Below are positions 42,101 to 53,400 of a stretch of 64,000 bases of DNA, in pieces (the stretch's first letter is position 1; every line of letters starts with the position of its first letter). Source of the DNA: Macrostomum lignano (taxonomy: Eukaryota); assembly GCA_002269645.1 (NCBI GenBank), contig NIVC01000291.1:62001-126000 (forward strand), given 5' to 3'. The notes beneath the pieces were generated by a model, which worked only from the letters and a program-made list of their open reading frames with translations, was not told the DNA's origin and searched no databases. The position numbers were made by a program, and so were the translations under genes.

Positions 42101-42416
42101 CTGCTGTGAGACTGAGTCTGCTGGGAGACTGTGAGTGTCTGCTATGAGACTGAGTGTCTGCTTTGAGACCGTGAGTGTCTGCTTTGAGACTGTGAGTGTC
42201 TGCTTTGAGACTGTGAGTGTCTTCTGTGAGACTGAGTGTCTGCTGTGAGACTGTAAGTGTCTGCTGGGAGACTGTGAGTGTCTGCTCGGAGACCGAGTGT
42301 CTGCTGTGAGACTGAGACTGAGTGTCTGCTGGACATAGTTACTCTTACATATTTGTGTCTATTATTTGCAGATTCCAAGCAACAGCGCGCTGGACCCGAG
42401 AGTGGAGGCTTTCTGA
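36168..42416 (+). CDS. NO VEIN/sacsin-type GHKL (HSP90-like) domain protein; exons 36168-36526, 37344-37533, 38060-38466, 38964-41904, 42372-42416 (about 1313 aa)
   Basis: Phases are consistent (2,0,2,0). The N-terminus ELFANADEA...GFTSADVRAVCALGSSGK...GFGFRSVLEASHCPEIHSSGFHFGF matches the NOV/sacsin pattern ELIQNADD...GF..K..GIGFKSVF..P.IHS.GF. Internal WREFF..LGV and LREFFV..CGV segments are typical of the family. Confidence 0.78.
36525..37255. repeat. 23-bp minisatellite AGGTGAGGCTGGAATGCTAGCTC in NO VEIN-like intron 1 (blocks 36525-36830 and 37090-37255)
   Basis: The first unit overlaps the splice donor CAG|GTGAGG; units start at 36525, 36548 and 36571. Confidence 0.93.
37715..38020 (-). 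mobile_element. Possible tRNA-derived SINE in intron 2 of the NO VEIN-like gene
   Basis: The minus strand has a B-box GGGTTCGAATCCC (plus strand about 37946-37958), a GC-balanced body and an A-rich end AAATAAATAG. I found no convincing A-box or TSD. Confidence 0.4.
41905..42330. repeat. GTGAGTGTCTGCT/GTGAGACT-type degenerate array filling NO VEIN-like intron 4
   Basis: Begins exactly at the donor ACT|GTGAGT. Confidence 0.88.
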
Positions 42417-42584
42417 CTCAAAGCGAGCTCTCAAGAACGTTAAATTGTTTTTCATGCGCTGTTGACAAACTGTTGTGGGCCTTTTGCTTTTTCTTTAAAG
42501 TTGTTTCTTTCTTTTTGAATAATCAAATTTTAATACGCGGCTCCTACAGCTGTCCAATTCGATTTCTTGAAACTGAAGCAATTC

Positions 42585-43150
42585 TAGTAGTGGAAACTAG
42601 CAGTGGAAACTAGCGGTGGAAACTAGCGGTGGAAACTAGCGGTGGAAACTAGCAGTGGAAACTAGCGGTGGAAACTAGCGGTGGAAACTAGCGGTGGAAA
42701 CTAGCAGTGGAAACTAGCGGTGGAAACTAGCAGTGGAAACTAGCGGTGGAAACTAGCAGTGGAAACTAGCAGTGGAAACTGGCAGTGGAAACTAGCGGTG
42801 GAAACTAGCGGTGGAAACTAGCAGTGGAAACTAGCGGTGGAAACTAGCAGTGGAAACTAGCGGTGGAAACTAGCGGTGGAAACTAGCAGTGGAAACTAGC
42901 GGTGGAAACTAGCAGTGGAAACTAGCAGTGGAAACTGGCAGTGGAAACTAGCGGTGGAAACTAGCGGTGGAAACTAGCGGTGGAAACTAGCGGTGGAAAC
43001 TAGCAGTGGAAACTAGCGGTGGAAACTAGCGGTGGAAACTAGTGGTGGAAACTAGCGGTGGAAACTAGTGGTGGAAACTAGCGGTGGAAACTAGTGGTGG
43101 AAACTAGTGGTGGAAACTAGCAGTGGAAACCAGCAGTGGAAACCAGCCGT
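42585..43150. repeat. 12-bp minisatellite GTGGAAACTAGC
   Basis: More than 40 units downstream of the NO VEIN-like stop. Confidence 0.96.
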
Positions 43151-44816
43151 GGAAAAGTAAATTTTAAACTTGTTTTTTATAGCCTGTTTTCTTCCTTTTA
43201 AAGCATTTAGTTTTATAGCCATGATAAATTCATAATCTTCCAAGTTCGAAGTTATTTGATGTCCAAGAGAAATCAGTGTGTGCGTTATTTATTCAGACTT
43301 GCTAAGACCCGAATCTTGACGCCATTTGCGCTCAGCTTTTGAAAACCGGGATTCGGCCTTGCTACTCTATATTTACCCTATTTTTATCAGTTCCTAGCGT
43401 ATGCCAACTTTGCTTGTTTGTGATTCAAAGCTGCTACTGTGAGTAGTCTAAATATACTTCAGCGAGTTTTACTTAACGGCTTTGGTGGGATTCTTTAAGA
43501 AATAACCTATTTCAGTCAGTCTAATCTAAAAGCGACTTGCATTTTCTTTCCGTCTGAGTTAACTGGAAGCATTGACTCCACTTCTGGACAGCTGGACTGC
43601 AAATTCATTCGGTTTTTACGAATCGATCGATTAATCTAAATCTGAAGTCTGAACTGAATAGTGCAAGAACTGTATAAATATCATAAACCTAGCCTAGTCT
43701 TGACTCTTTAGTAGAAAAGCAACCTTAGTAATAAGATGTGTGAAGCGGGTGTGTAAGTACGAAGTGAAACTGAAAGACTAGCCAATAATGAGTGCACAGT
43801 CCACTCTGCGCATGCGCAAAGCAGACAGGGCTGCAAATTACTGGGCAGATGGATGGCAGCTGTTAAGCGGGACAGGCAACCACAGGAATTAGCGTGGAAA
43901 AGAAAGAAGGCAATGGCGGCATCTCGTTTTCATAGATCTGTCCTCTAGCAAGGGCTTGGCTTGGGGTATCGGATGGGCTGAGAGGAAACTCGGGTCAGGG
44001 GTAGAGAAAATTCCAGCTGCGATGGTAAATAGAGAGAGTGTACATTGGTGTACACTCAGCACTGTACATTGGAATCAGAGGAGGTGGGCCGGAGAGGGGA
44101 AAGAGAGGCTAGTCCCAGTATTATTGACTGGGGAAGGAAGGCCAGAGAACGGACCCCCGCTGTGAGCTATCTGCCTCACCCTCCTGTGCTGTTGTACAAG
44201 CGGCCAGAAGGGAAGGAACCAATTGCATCGCGGGTCACACAGCAGGCCCCTCAAACAATTTCAGGCTATACTATACAGCTCGGGTTGCCCAGCCTTAGCC
44301 TCACCGTGCAGTGCTATTGATTGATCAGGACCAGAGAGTTCTGTTTTCTCACTGCCTTGCCGTGTGCGCAGACTCAACTACTGAATTCATTTCCACTCCA
44401 GGGAGATTTGCTTCTTCAATAAAAGGCTCTGCTCTACCCCATACCAGTTGCAAAATTTCATTCAGCCCTACTTTTAGCGCTGCGATTTCTGCTAAGCTGC
44501 TTCTGCTACTTAACTGGGTGGAATTTATACGGTAAGACCTAGATATTAAAGTGCACTTTTCCGATTTTATTCCGATTTCCGATTCCGATTTCCGATCGGA
44601 TGATAGGTGGTCTCAAATGTGGCGACTTTCATGCGATGGGCCGCACTGATGGAGCTGCAGGTGCAATATTATATAATCTGAGCTGAGGGTTGAGATCCAA
44701 GAAGACTTAGAGATGCAGCTGCTAAATTCAAAGGATGCTGATCAGCTCTGCAGCCTCTGCTCAGCTCAGCCCGGCCGGCGCAAAGGATTTCCATAAACTG
44801 GGATTTTCTTCCCAGC

Positions 44817-45725
44817 TAGGGATTCCAAAATCCCGACATTTTACAATCCCGGGATTGAATAGTCCCGAAATCCCGATGCTGTTGAAATCCCGGGATTCAA
44901 AATCCCGGAATCCCGGTGCTTTTGCAATCCCGGGATTAAAAATCCCGGGATTCGATTCCCAAAAAAATCCCGGGATTCAAATCCCGGATTTTTGGCCCCA
45001 ATCCCGGGATCCCGGGATCCCGGGATTGGAATCCCTAAATTGCTAGACGGACTGTGCGGCGTGCCGCGTGCAGTAGTCATGGTCTCGCGACTCTCAGAGT
45101 CTCAGGGCCTTTTCATATTACCAATTCCAGAACCAGAATCGGTTCGGAATTCGAAGAAAAACAGCAGTATAACTATTAAACTCTGTTAATATTTGACTGC
45201 CTTAACAGCCTCACTTTGCACGATTTTTCACTTTCTTCTTGGCGACTGTCATTCAATAATAAAAACTTTATAGCACGTATCTCCCTCTAGTTATGGAGAC
45301 AAAAAGTTTATACTTCACAAATTGGTTCTTGTTCTGGAACCAGAGAAAGCAATATGAAAAGGCCCTCAGTCTCGTCTCGTGGTAGAAAACGAAAAAAAGT
45401 TAAAATTATCTATCATTTACAGTTCACATTAACAATTTTTAGCTCAATTAGGACAGGAGCTTTGCAAATGTTTAACGTTTCATTGAGAAACAGCAAAAAC
45501 AAATAAATGTTTTATTATTCAAATAAACGTTTAGACTTTAAATTATTTAATTTAGGCATTGAAAGGTCGTTCTAATCCCGGACCAATCCCGGGATTAAGG
45601 CCTTGAAATCCCGGGATCCCGATCCCGGTCTTTTGCAATCCCGGGATTCGATTCCCAAAAAAATCCCGGGATTCAAATCCCGGATTTTTGGCCCCAATCC
45701 CGGGATCCCGGGATTGGAATCCCTA
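44817..45725. mobile_element. Composite hAT-type MITE with one left end and two right ends
   Basis: TIR TAGGGATTCCA...TGGAATCCCTA. The 8-bp TSD TTCCCAGC (44809-44816) recurs only after the second right end (45726-45733). The first right end stops at 45037. The interior is rich in ATCCCGGGAT palindromes. Confidence 0.8.
45105..45365. mobile_element. PIF/Harbinger-like MITE, 261 bp, nested in the composite hAT element
   Basis: Perfect 15-bp TIR GGGCCTTTTCATATT...AATATGAAAAGGCCC and 3-bp TSD TCA at 45102-45104 and 45366-45368. Confidence 0.75.
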
Positions 45726-46268
45726 TTCCCAGCCTATCTAATCTATAGCCAATATATTGAACTGCATGCAGTCGGTCAGAGCAGAGGCTCCGGGAATCAG
45801 CTCTGCTCGTGGTCAGCTAAGGGCAGGACTAACACTAAGCAAGCAAGAGCTGGGAGGAGGGTGCAACCGAACTCCGTGTCCTTGACTTGCTGACTTGCTT
45901 GGGTGTTCATTTCTAGCTAGTTGATTTGTATCGAATGCTCGAATTTGCACCTTACAGTAGCAAAACATTCGTTCGTATCTCATTTCTAGTGCAAAGTAAA
46001 CGACCTAAGCTAAATGTAATTCAAATTGGCGCCGAACTATTTTAACGACAAAGCCACATTTTGGCGTTTCAGTAGCCTAAAAGACTCTTAATCTGCATTC
46101 AAAATGACGTCGCAAATTTTAAAACACGAATTGCTTATTTTACGACGTTTTTGATTTGTGTTCTGATTTTTTATTTAATTTAGCTTTTTAGACGAGCGTT
46201 TTCAAACTCGAAATATATCTGTTACTCTTCGCTCCATTCTCCTTTGTCACGTGACCTTCAGCATCAAC

Positions 46269-47211
46269 ATGTCCGGCCGCAAGATCCTGATCCCCTTGGA
46301 CGGCTCCCAGCACGCCGAGGCTGCCTACCAGTGGTACCTGGACAACATCCGCCGGGACGGCGACTCGCTGGTGATCGCGCACATCCTGGAGCCGCCATCC
46401 CTGCCGTCCTTCTCGCTGAAGAGCGGCTTCAACGTGCCGACTGAGGAATGGCGCAACATCATTCTGGAGAGCGGCAAGAAGGCCAAGGCTCTGGAGGAGG
46501 ACGTCTCCGTCCGGGCGATGCAGACTCACCTGAAGGTGCCGGAATCCGGGACTTCGGGATCCGGGACTTCGGGAATCCGGGACTTCGGGAATCCGGGACT
46601 TCGGGAATCCGGGATTTTGGGAATCCGGGACTTCTGAAATTCAGGACTTCAGGAATCCGGGACTTCTGGAATCCGGGATTTTGGGAATCCGGGACTTCTG
46701 GAATTCAGGACTTTAGGAATCCGGGACTTCTGGAATCCGCGACTTCTGGAATCCGGGATTTCAGGAATCCAGGACTTGGGAATCTGGGACTTTTGAAACT
46801 CGAGTCTTTAGGAATCAAGGACTTCCGGAACCTAGATTTAAGGATCCGGGACTCGGAATTCCGGGATCTGGGACTCGACATTCCGGGATCTGAGAATCAG
46901 GGCATTCTGGAATCACAGGATCTGGGATTCGGGGTCTCAAAATCCCTCACCCTGCCACCCCTCAGATGGAGTTCATCGCCGAGACTAGCAAGCGGCCGGG
47001 CGAGACCCTGGTGGACATCGCCTGGCGCACCGGCTGCAACATGGTTGTCATGGGAACGCGCGGTCTCGGCGACGTGAAGCGCGCTTTCCTGGGCTCGGTG
47101 TCGGACTACGTGCTGCACAACAGCCGCCTGGCTGTCACCATTGTGCCCGTGAAGCGTTGCGACAGCCAGGGCGAACGGCGCCCGAGCCAGACCGGCGGCG
47201 CCGATGCCTGA
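46269..47211 (+). CDS. Universal stress protein (UspA-like); exons 46269-46535 and 46966-47211 (170 aa)
   Basis: Starts MSGRKILIPLDGSQHAEAAYQW. The C-terminal MVVMGTRGLGDVKRAFLGSVSDYVLHN is the USP ATP-binding motif G-x2-G-x9-GS. The intron is GT-AG and phase 0. Confidence 0.92.
46540..46930. repeat. About 15-bp GGAATCCGGGACTTC array filling the USP intron
   Basis: Starts a few nt after the donor and degenerates toward the acceptor. Confidence 0.88.
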
Positions 47212-47569
47212 GCTGTGAATTCGGCGGGGACGCCCGACCTGCACTTCTACAAGTGACCAACAGCACTGATGTAGCATAGCCCATAATACTGCGTTATCAA
47301 GTAAACCTGAGTGACTTATTAGGCCTGCACTTGAGTCTTTATTGTCGCTACTCACTCAGCTATAGGCTACTTCTTCTCTACTGCAACCGCAATAACCCGT
47401 GTTTTATTTAGAACTGCTTCTCTCAACTCTTGTTAGAAAGCTATTAATGACAATGTTATAATTATTACCAATGTGCTTAGTTTGCACACCTGCAACTGCT
47501 GCAAGTCCCCTGTGCTGCAGCTTCACTCACCCACCAGCCTTGTAGGGACGAATTAGCCTGATCCGGTCT

Positions 47570-47775
47570 GGGATTCAAGATCTGAGTCATGGGATTCGGG
47601 ATCCGAGTCATGGGATTCGGGATCCGAGTCTTGGGATTCAAGATCTGAGTCATGGGATTCGGGATCAGAGTCATGGGATTCAAGATCTGAGTCATGGGAT
47701 TCAAGATCTGAGTCATGGGATTCGAGATCTGAGTCTTGGGATTCGAGATCCGAGTCATGGGATTCGAGATTCGAA
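47570..47775. repeat. 21-bp repeat GATCTGAGTCATGGGATTCAA
   Basis: About 9 units. Confidence 0.88.
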
Positions 47776-49214
47776 TCATTCTCAGGAATTTATGGGATCC
47801 TGTATTCTGGACCCGAAGTGAAGTCGGGATGAGGACCTTGGGCTTTATCCTTGATCTTCATCCAAATAGATATGATCTCCATAGCAACGTGTCTGAGCTT
47901 TACCTGTACTAATAATCCATCTATACTATCAAGACTAACATATTCTGTGTAATTACCTGTTTAGCAATCCGACCTGTAATCTCAAGTATAGCAAATCTCA
48001 ATTGATCCATCGCTGCGAACCCATCAATCTGTATCGAACCTGTTTATATCTAATAGCAAAGAAACCCGCCATAGCTGGCGCCAGATATTTGACAGCCATT
48101 GTTCTGTAAATCACTGAATTCCCTTCGCATTATTCGGAGTAGAAGCTCAGCTCGAAACTCTGACTTGTTATTTTTTTATTTAAAGTGCCTAATCTTAAAC
48201 TTAATCTTATATTTTCAGACCTCGGTGGCTGATTCAAGCAGCAGGAAGTCTTGTGGGTATAGCAGTAGCTTCCCATCAGGAAGGCTTACAGCAGACTGTA
48301 GCTTCCCATCAGGAAGTCTTACAGCAAACAGTAGTTTCCTATCAGGAAGGCTTGCAGATGCCAAAGTAGAAAATTGAATTTGAACAATTATGAATTATCA
48401 CCCATGTGCTTCCGAAAGCAGTGAGACAAGTGATCTGCGATACCCATGTAATTGTGCGGACAAAAAACTAAGTACTCAAAGTGAACTCACGCGCATCAAA
48501 CTGTATTTGGACAGTTGAAATTGTATTCAGACTGAACAGTGCTATAAATTAGCCATTGCGATCTTTGGTGTTCGCCGCTTGCTCGGGGATGGCATAAATG
48601 AATAACTGAACCAGGGAAAATGCACAGGGGAAAGATCCCTGGTATGTCCCTGGGATACAGGCAGACAAGCTCTAACTATCAGATCAGAGGCAACTCACTC
48701 GAACAAATAATTAAATAAAAATGATCAGAAAAACAGAATTTGGATTTGTCGCGCGCTACATACTACTGTCCACGCGCTACTCAGTAAGCACTAAAGTCTC
48801 TCCAGCCAGAAAGGTTGCGCAGCCCAGGAGGGCGCGCTGATTGCACTCGCATAAATACAGGCTTGCCGTGCTGGAAAAGGGGAAAACAGCTCGGAGATCG
48901 GGGCAGAATTCGGCACGCAGCGTTTCGGCTTTTCTTCAAAACTGACGCAAATCAATTAAATAGAAATAGTTAATAGTTAAAAATAAACAATTTGGCGCGA
49001 ACACGTGAATTTGGTGAACTAGGCGGGGCTCTGTGTGACTAGACAGGGTGTCCGAATCAATCCATCAATCATTCTGGCTCTGCATGCCGGCGGGCTGAGC
49101 TGGAGAGTCGCTTGAGCAGCGAGCTGACTGACATCCGCGTCAGCAAAACTGGGGATTGGGGAATCAAAGCTGAGGTGCTTCGGACACGAAATCTCTATTC
49201 CTGCACGGAGAGCA

Positions 49215-49615
49215 TATGTCCGGATTGGGGATTATGTGTCCGGATTTGGGACTATATGTCTGAATTGGGAATCATATGTCCGGATTGGGAATCAGTTCCG
49301 GATTGGGGATCATAGTTCCGGATTGGGGATCATAGTTCCGGATTGGGGATCATAGTTCCGGATTGGGGATCATAGTTCCGGATTGGGGATCATAGTTCCG
49401 GATTTGGGATCATAGTTCCGGATTGGGGATCATAGTTCCGGATTGGGGATCATAGTTCCGGATTGGGGATCATAGTTCCGGATTGGGGATCATAGTTCCG
49501 GATTGGGTATCATGTGTCCGGATTGGGGATCATAGTTCCGGATTGGGGATCATAGTTCCGGATTGGGTATCATGTGTCCGGATTGAGGATCATGTGTCCG
49601 GATTGGGGATCATGT
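49215..49615. repeat. 20-bp minisatellite CCGGATTGGGGATCATAGTT
   Basis: About 18 units. Confidence 0.93.
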
Positions 49616-50415
49616 GTGCAAACTGGGTCAAGTGTCCGAATTAAGGATAACCAGATTTCGGGTCAGAGTGGGTCAGATCCCCATGGAAACCAAGCCCACA
49701 GAAAGCAGTGCCCCACAGAGAAAAGTGTAGCCGCCCGCAACCCCAGGCCAGCCCATTGCCGCATTGGCCAGCCGGAGAGCTCAGATAATCCGCAGCTCAT
49801 TGCTCTGAGGACAATTATTAGTTATTAATTCGGGTTAGTAAATCACAAGCTACAGGTGAGGAATTTCGCTTACAGGGACAGAAAATTCTAAATAAGCACA
49901 CAATAACTGACAATAGGTCCAGCTTCGCCACCCGAACTCGCAAGTCAGGAATAGAAAAATACAGGATAGAGAAAAAACATTATAAAAAACAGCTAGTCCC
50001 TAAATAATTGAACAGTGCAAGCACAGGAAGGCACGGCAGATGCTAGCAGGACAGACAGAGTTTACCTGGCCAAAATCAGAGCGGTGCAGCACAACAGTAA
50101 GCAGTCAATATGCAGACTGGGCAGGGCTCACAGCACGGGCTGAATTCAATTGATGGGATCGGCAATCACAGGCCGGCAGATCGGGGGAGTGAAAATTAAT
50201 GGGATCATTTTCTCAGAAAAATTCGATCATCTTTTAGTCAGACTGAGAATGAAGAAAAACAAAAACTGATTCGTTTAAACAAATACGCGCGAATTCAAAA
50301 TCGGGTCAACAGGGGAAAGGCTGGTCACGGAGTCCGACGCAGCGAAGGTCTATCATGGAAGTCGCTTCAGTCATGAAGGCGGAGCACCAGGAGGAGGGGG
50401 TCAGCGGCCGACGGC

Positions 50416-53400
50416 TCAGTCCCGCTTGGGTCGTCCGACAGCCGGGACGGCGGACGAGGACGACGAGGAGCGCTGGCGCTGCCTGCCCGCCATGTTGAAG
50501 CCCACGGCCTGCTCGGCCGCCTTCTGCGTCACGGTCACGTACAGCGGGCAACCGATCTGGGGCGGGGGTTGAGAATAGTATGGGATTCAGTTTGAGCAGT
50601 GCTAATGGTATGGGATTCAGGTTGAGCAGTGCTAATGGTATGGGATTCAGGTTGAGCAGTGCTAATGGTATGGGATTCAGGTTGAGCAGTGCTAATGGTA
50701 TGGGATTCAGGTTGAGCAGTGCTAATGGTATGGGATTCAGGTTGAGCAGTGCCAATGGGATGTGATTCAGGTTGAGAAGTGCTAATGGTATGGGATTCAG
50801 GTTGAGCAGTGCTAATGGTATGGGATTCAGGTTGAGCAGTGCTAATGGTATGGGATTCAGGTTGAGCAGTGCCAATGGGATGGGATTCAGATTGAGCAGT
50901 GCTAATGGTATGGGATTCAGGTTGAGCAGTGCTAATGGTATGGGATTCAGGTTAAGCAGTGCCAATGGTATGGGATTCAGGTTGAGCAGTGCTAATGGTA
51001 TGGGATTCAGGTTGAGCAGTGCTAATGGTATGGGATTCAGGTTAAGCAGTGCCAATGGTATGGGATTCAGGTTGAGCAGTGCTAATGGTGTGGGATTCAG
51101 ATTGAGCAGTGCCAATGGGATGTGATTCAGGTTGAGCAGTGCTAATGGTATGGGATTCAGGTTGAGCAGTGCCAATGGGATGGGATTCAGGTTGAGCAGT
51201 GCTAATGGTATGGGATTCAGGTTGAGCAGTGCTAATGGTATGGGATTCAGATTGAGCAGTGCTAATGGTGTGGGTTTTAGATTGAGTAGTGCTCATATTT
51301 GGATTGAAATGACGATCATTTTGCATCAAGGGCGATTGTCGGGAGGCATCAGGGGCGACTGTTGGAGTCAGAAAGCAGTTCCAGCAGTCGGTGAAGTGCA
51401 ATGTATTTTTCCACTGACAGGTCCAAGTCACACCAAACCAACCAAGGTTTACACAAGTTCAACAATCCCAGACGCATCCATAAAGTGCAAAAGCTCTAGC
51501 AATCTCCCCCACCATGTCCGCCCCGTCTGCTGCCTGTCAACCTCAGCAGCATCGGGCAAAACCTGCGCCATCCAGCCCGGCCAGATGCGGCCCAATATTC
51601 GACTGCAGCGTCCGCAGCGAGCAGAATTAGCGGGCCAAAAATATCCCATAGTCCCATAGAGAAAGTAGAGCCTGAGGAAAAGGACACTTGAAAAAAATCA
51701 GACAAAAAAGGAAGATCGAGGAGGGCGAGAAAAGCCAGGAAAGAGAGAGACGGCGAGGCCTGCGCCGAAAATCTGCGCATCTCCCGGGCGCAGCCGAATC
51801 TCCTGCCGCATGCGAGCCGGAGCCCCCAGAGACCGAGGCAGGCGGGACGACCCCCCGAGCCAGCCGTGAATGTACGGCCTCATTGAAATTCAGGCCTGCC
51901 CCTCCCCTGGGTACAGAATTCAGAATTAGCCATGCATTGATGAGGCCGCGCCCAGGAAAGTCTTGCAAAAAAACTGCACAGCCACAGGGGACCCCCGCAG
52001 TGCTGTAACAGCCCAGTTCAAAATCCATACCGCACTTTGACCCCACCTAAGCTAAACCAATATCTGCATGCTTGTGTTGGCTCAGGGCAAACAGAACAGC
52101 AACAATCTCTAGGCATAGCGCCCCTAACAGCTGGACCTATGCGATTGGCCAATACTACGCTTGATAGCTTTAGGCATTGTACTCTTCTGAAAGCCTATTA
52201 CCCTCGAATTGCCGCACTGACACTGATGACCCAATCCCAGCCTCACTGACCCCAATCCCAGCCTCACTGACCCCAATCCCAGCCTCACTGACCCAATCCC
52301 AGCTACACTGACCCCAATCCCAGCCTCACTGACCCAATCCCAGCCTCACTGACCCCAATCCCAGCCACACTGACCCAATCCCAGCCGCAATGACCCAATC
52401 CCAGCCTCACTGACCCCAATCCCAGCCTCACTGACCCAATCCCAGCTACACTGACCCCAATCCCAGCCTCACTGACCCCGATCCCAGCCTCACTGACCCC
52501 AATCCCAGCCTCACTGACCCAATCCCAGCTACACTGACCCCAATCCCAGCCTCACGGACCCAATCCCAGCCTCACTGACCCCAATCCCAGCCTCACTGAC
52601 CCCAATCCCAGCCTCACTGACCCAATCCCAGCCACACTGACCCAATCCCAGCCACACTGACCCCAACTCCAACCACACTGACCCCAACTCCAACCACACT
52701 GACCCCAACTCCAACCACACTGACCCCAACTCCAACCACACTGACCCCAACTCCAACCACACTGACCCCAACTCCAACCACACTGACCCCAACTCCAACC
52801 ACACTGACCCCAACTCCAACCACACTGACCCCAACTCCAACCACACTGACCCCAACTCCAACCACACTGACCCCAACTCCAAGCACATGACCCCAATCCC
52901 AGCTACACTGACCCCAATCCCAGCTACACTGACCCCAATCCCAGCCACACTGACCCCAACTCCAACCACACTGACCCCAACTCCAAGCACACTGACCCCA
53001 ACTCCAACCACACTGACCCCAATCCCAGCCACACTGACCCCAATCCCAGCCACACTGACCCCAACTCCAACCACACTGACCCCAACTCCAAGCACACTGA
53101 CCCCAACTCCAAGCACACTGACCCCAATCCCAGCTACACTGACCCCAATCCCAGCTACACTGACCCCGATCCCAGCCTCACTGACCCCAATCCCAGCTAC
53201 ACTGACCCCAATCCCAGCCACACTCACCCCAATCCCAGCCACACTGACCCCAACTCCAAGCACACTGACCCCAACTCCAACCACACTGACCCCAACTCCA
53301 AGCACACTGACCCCAACTCCAACCACACTGACCCCAACTCCAAGCACACTGACCCCAACTCCAAGCCCATGCCAGCGACTCGCACCTTATCCCACAGCAG

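Noticed and set aside
43737-44320. Possible solo LTR
   Set aside because: No TG...CA pair with a matching TSD could be found.
48060-48100. TGGCGCCAGA as a possible retroviral PBS after an LTR-like segment
   Set aside because: No partner LTR, TSD or downstream gag was found.
48770-49830. GC-rich, exon-like segments between USP and atlastin
   Set aside because: No consistent splice model or recognisable protein.
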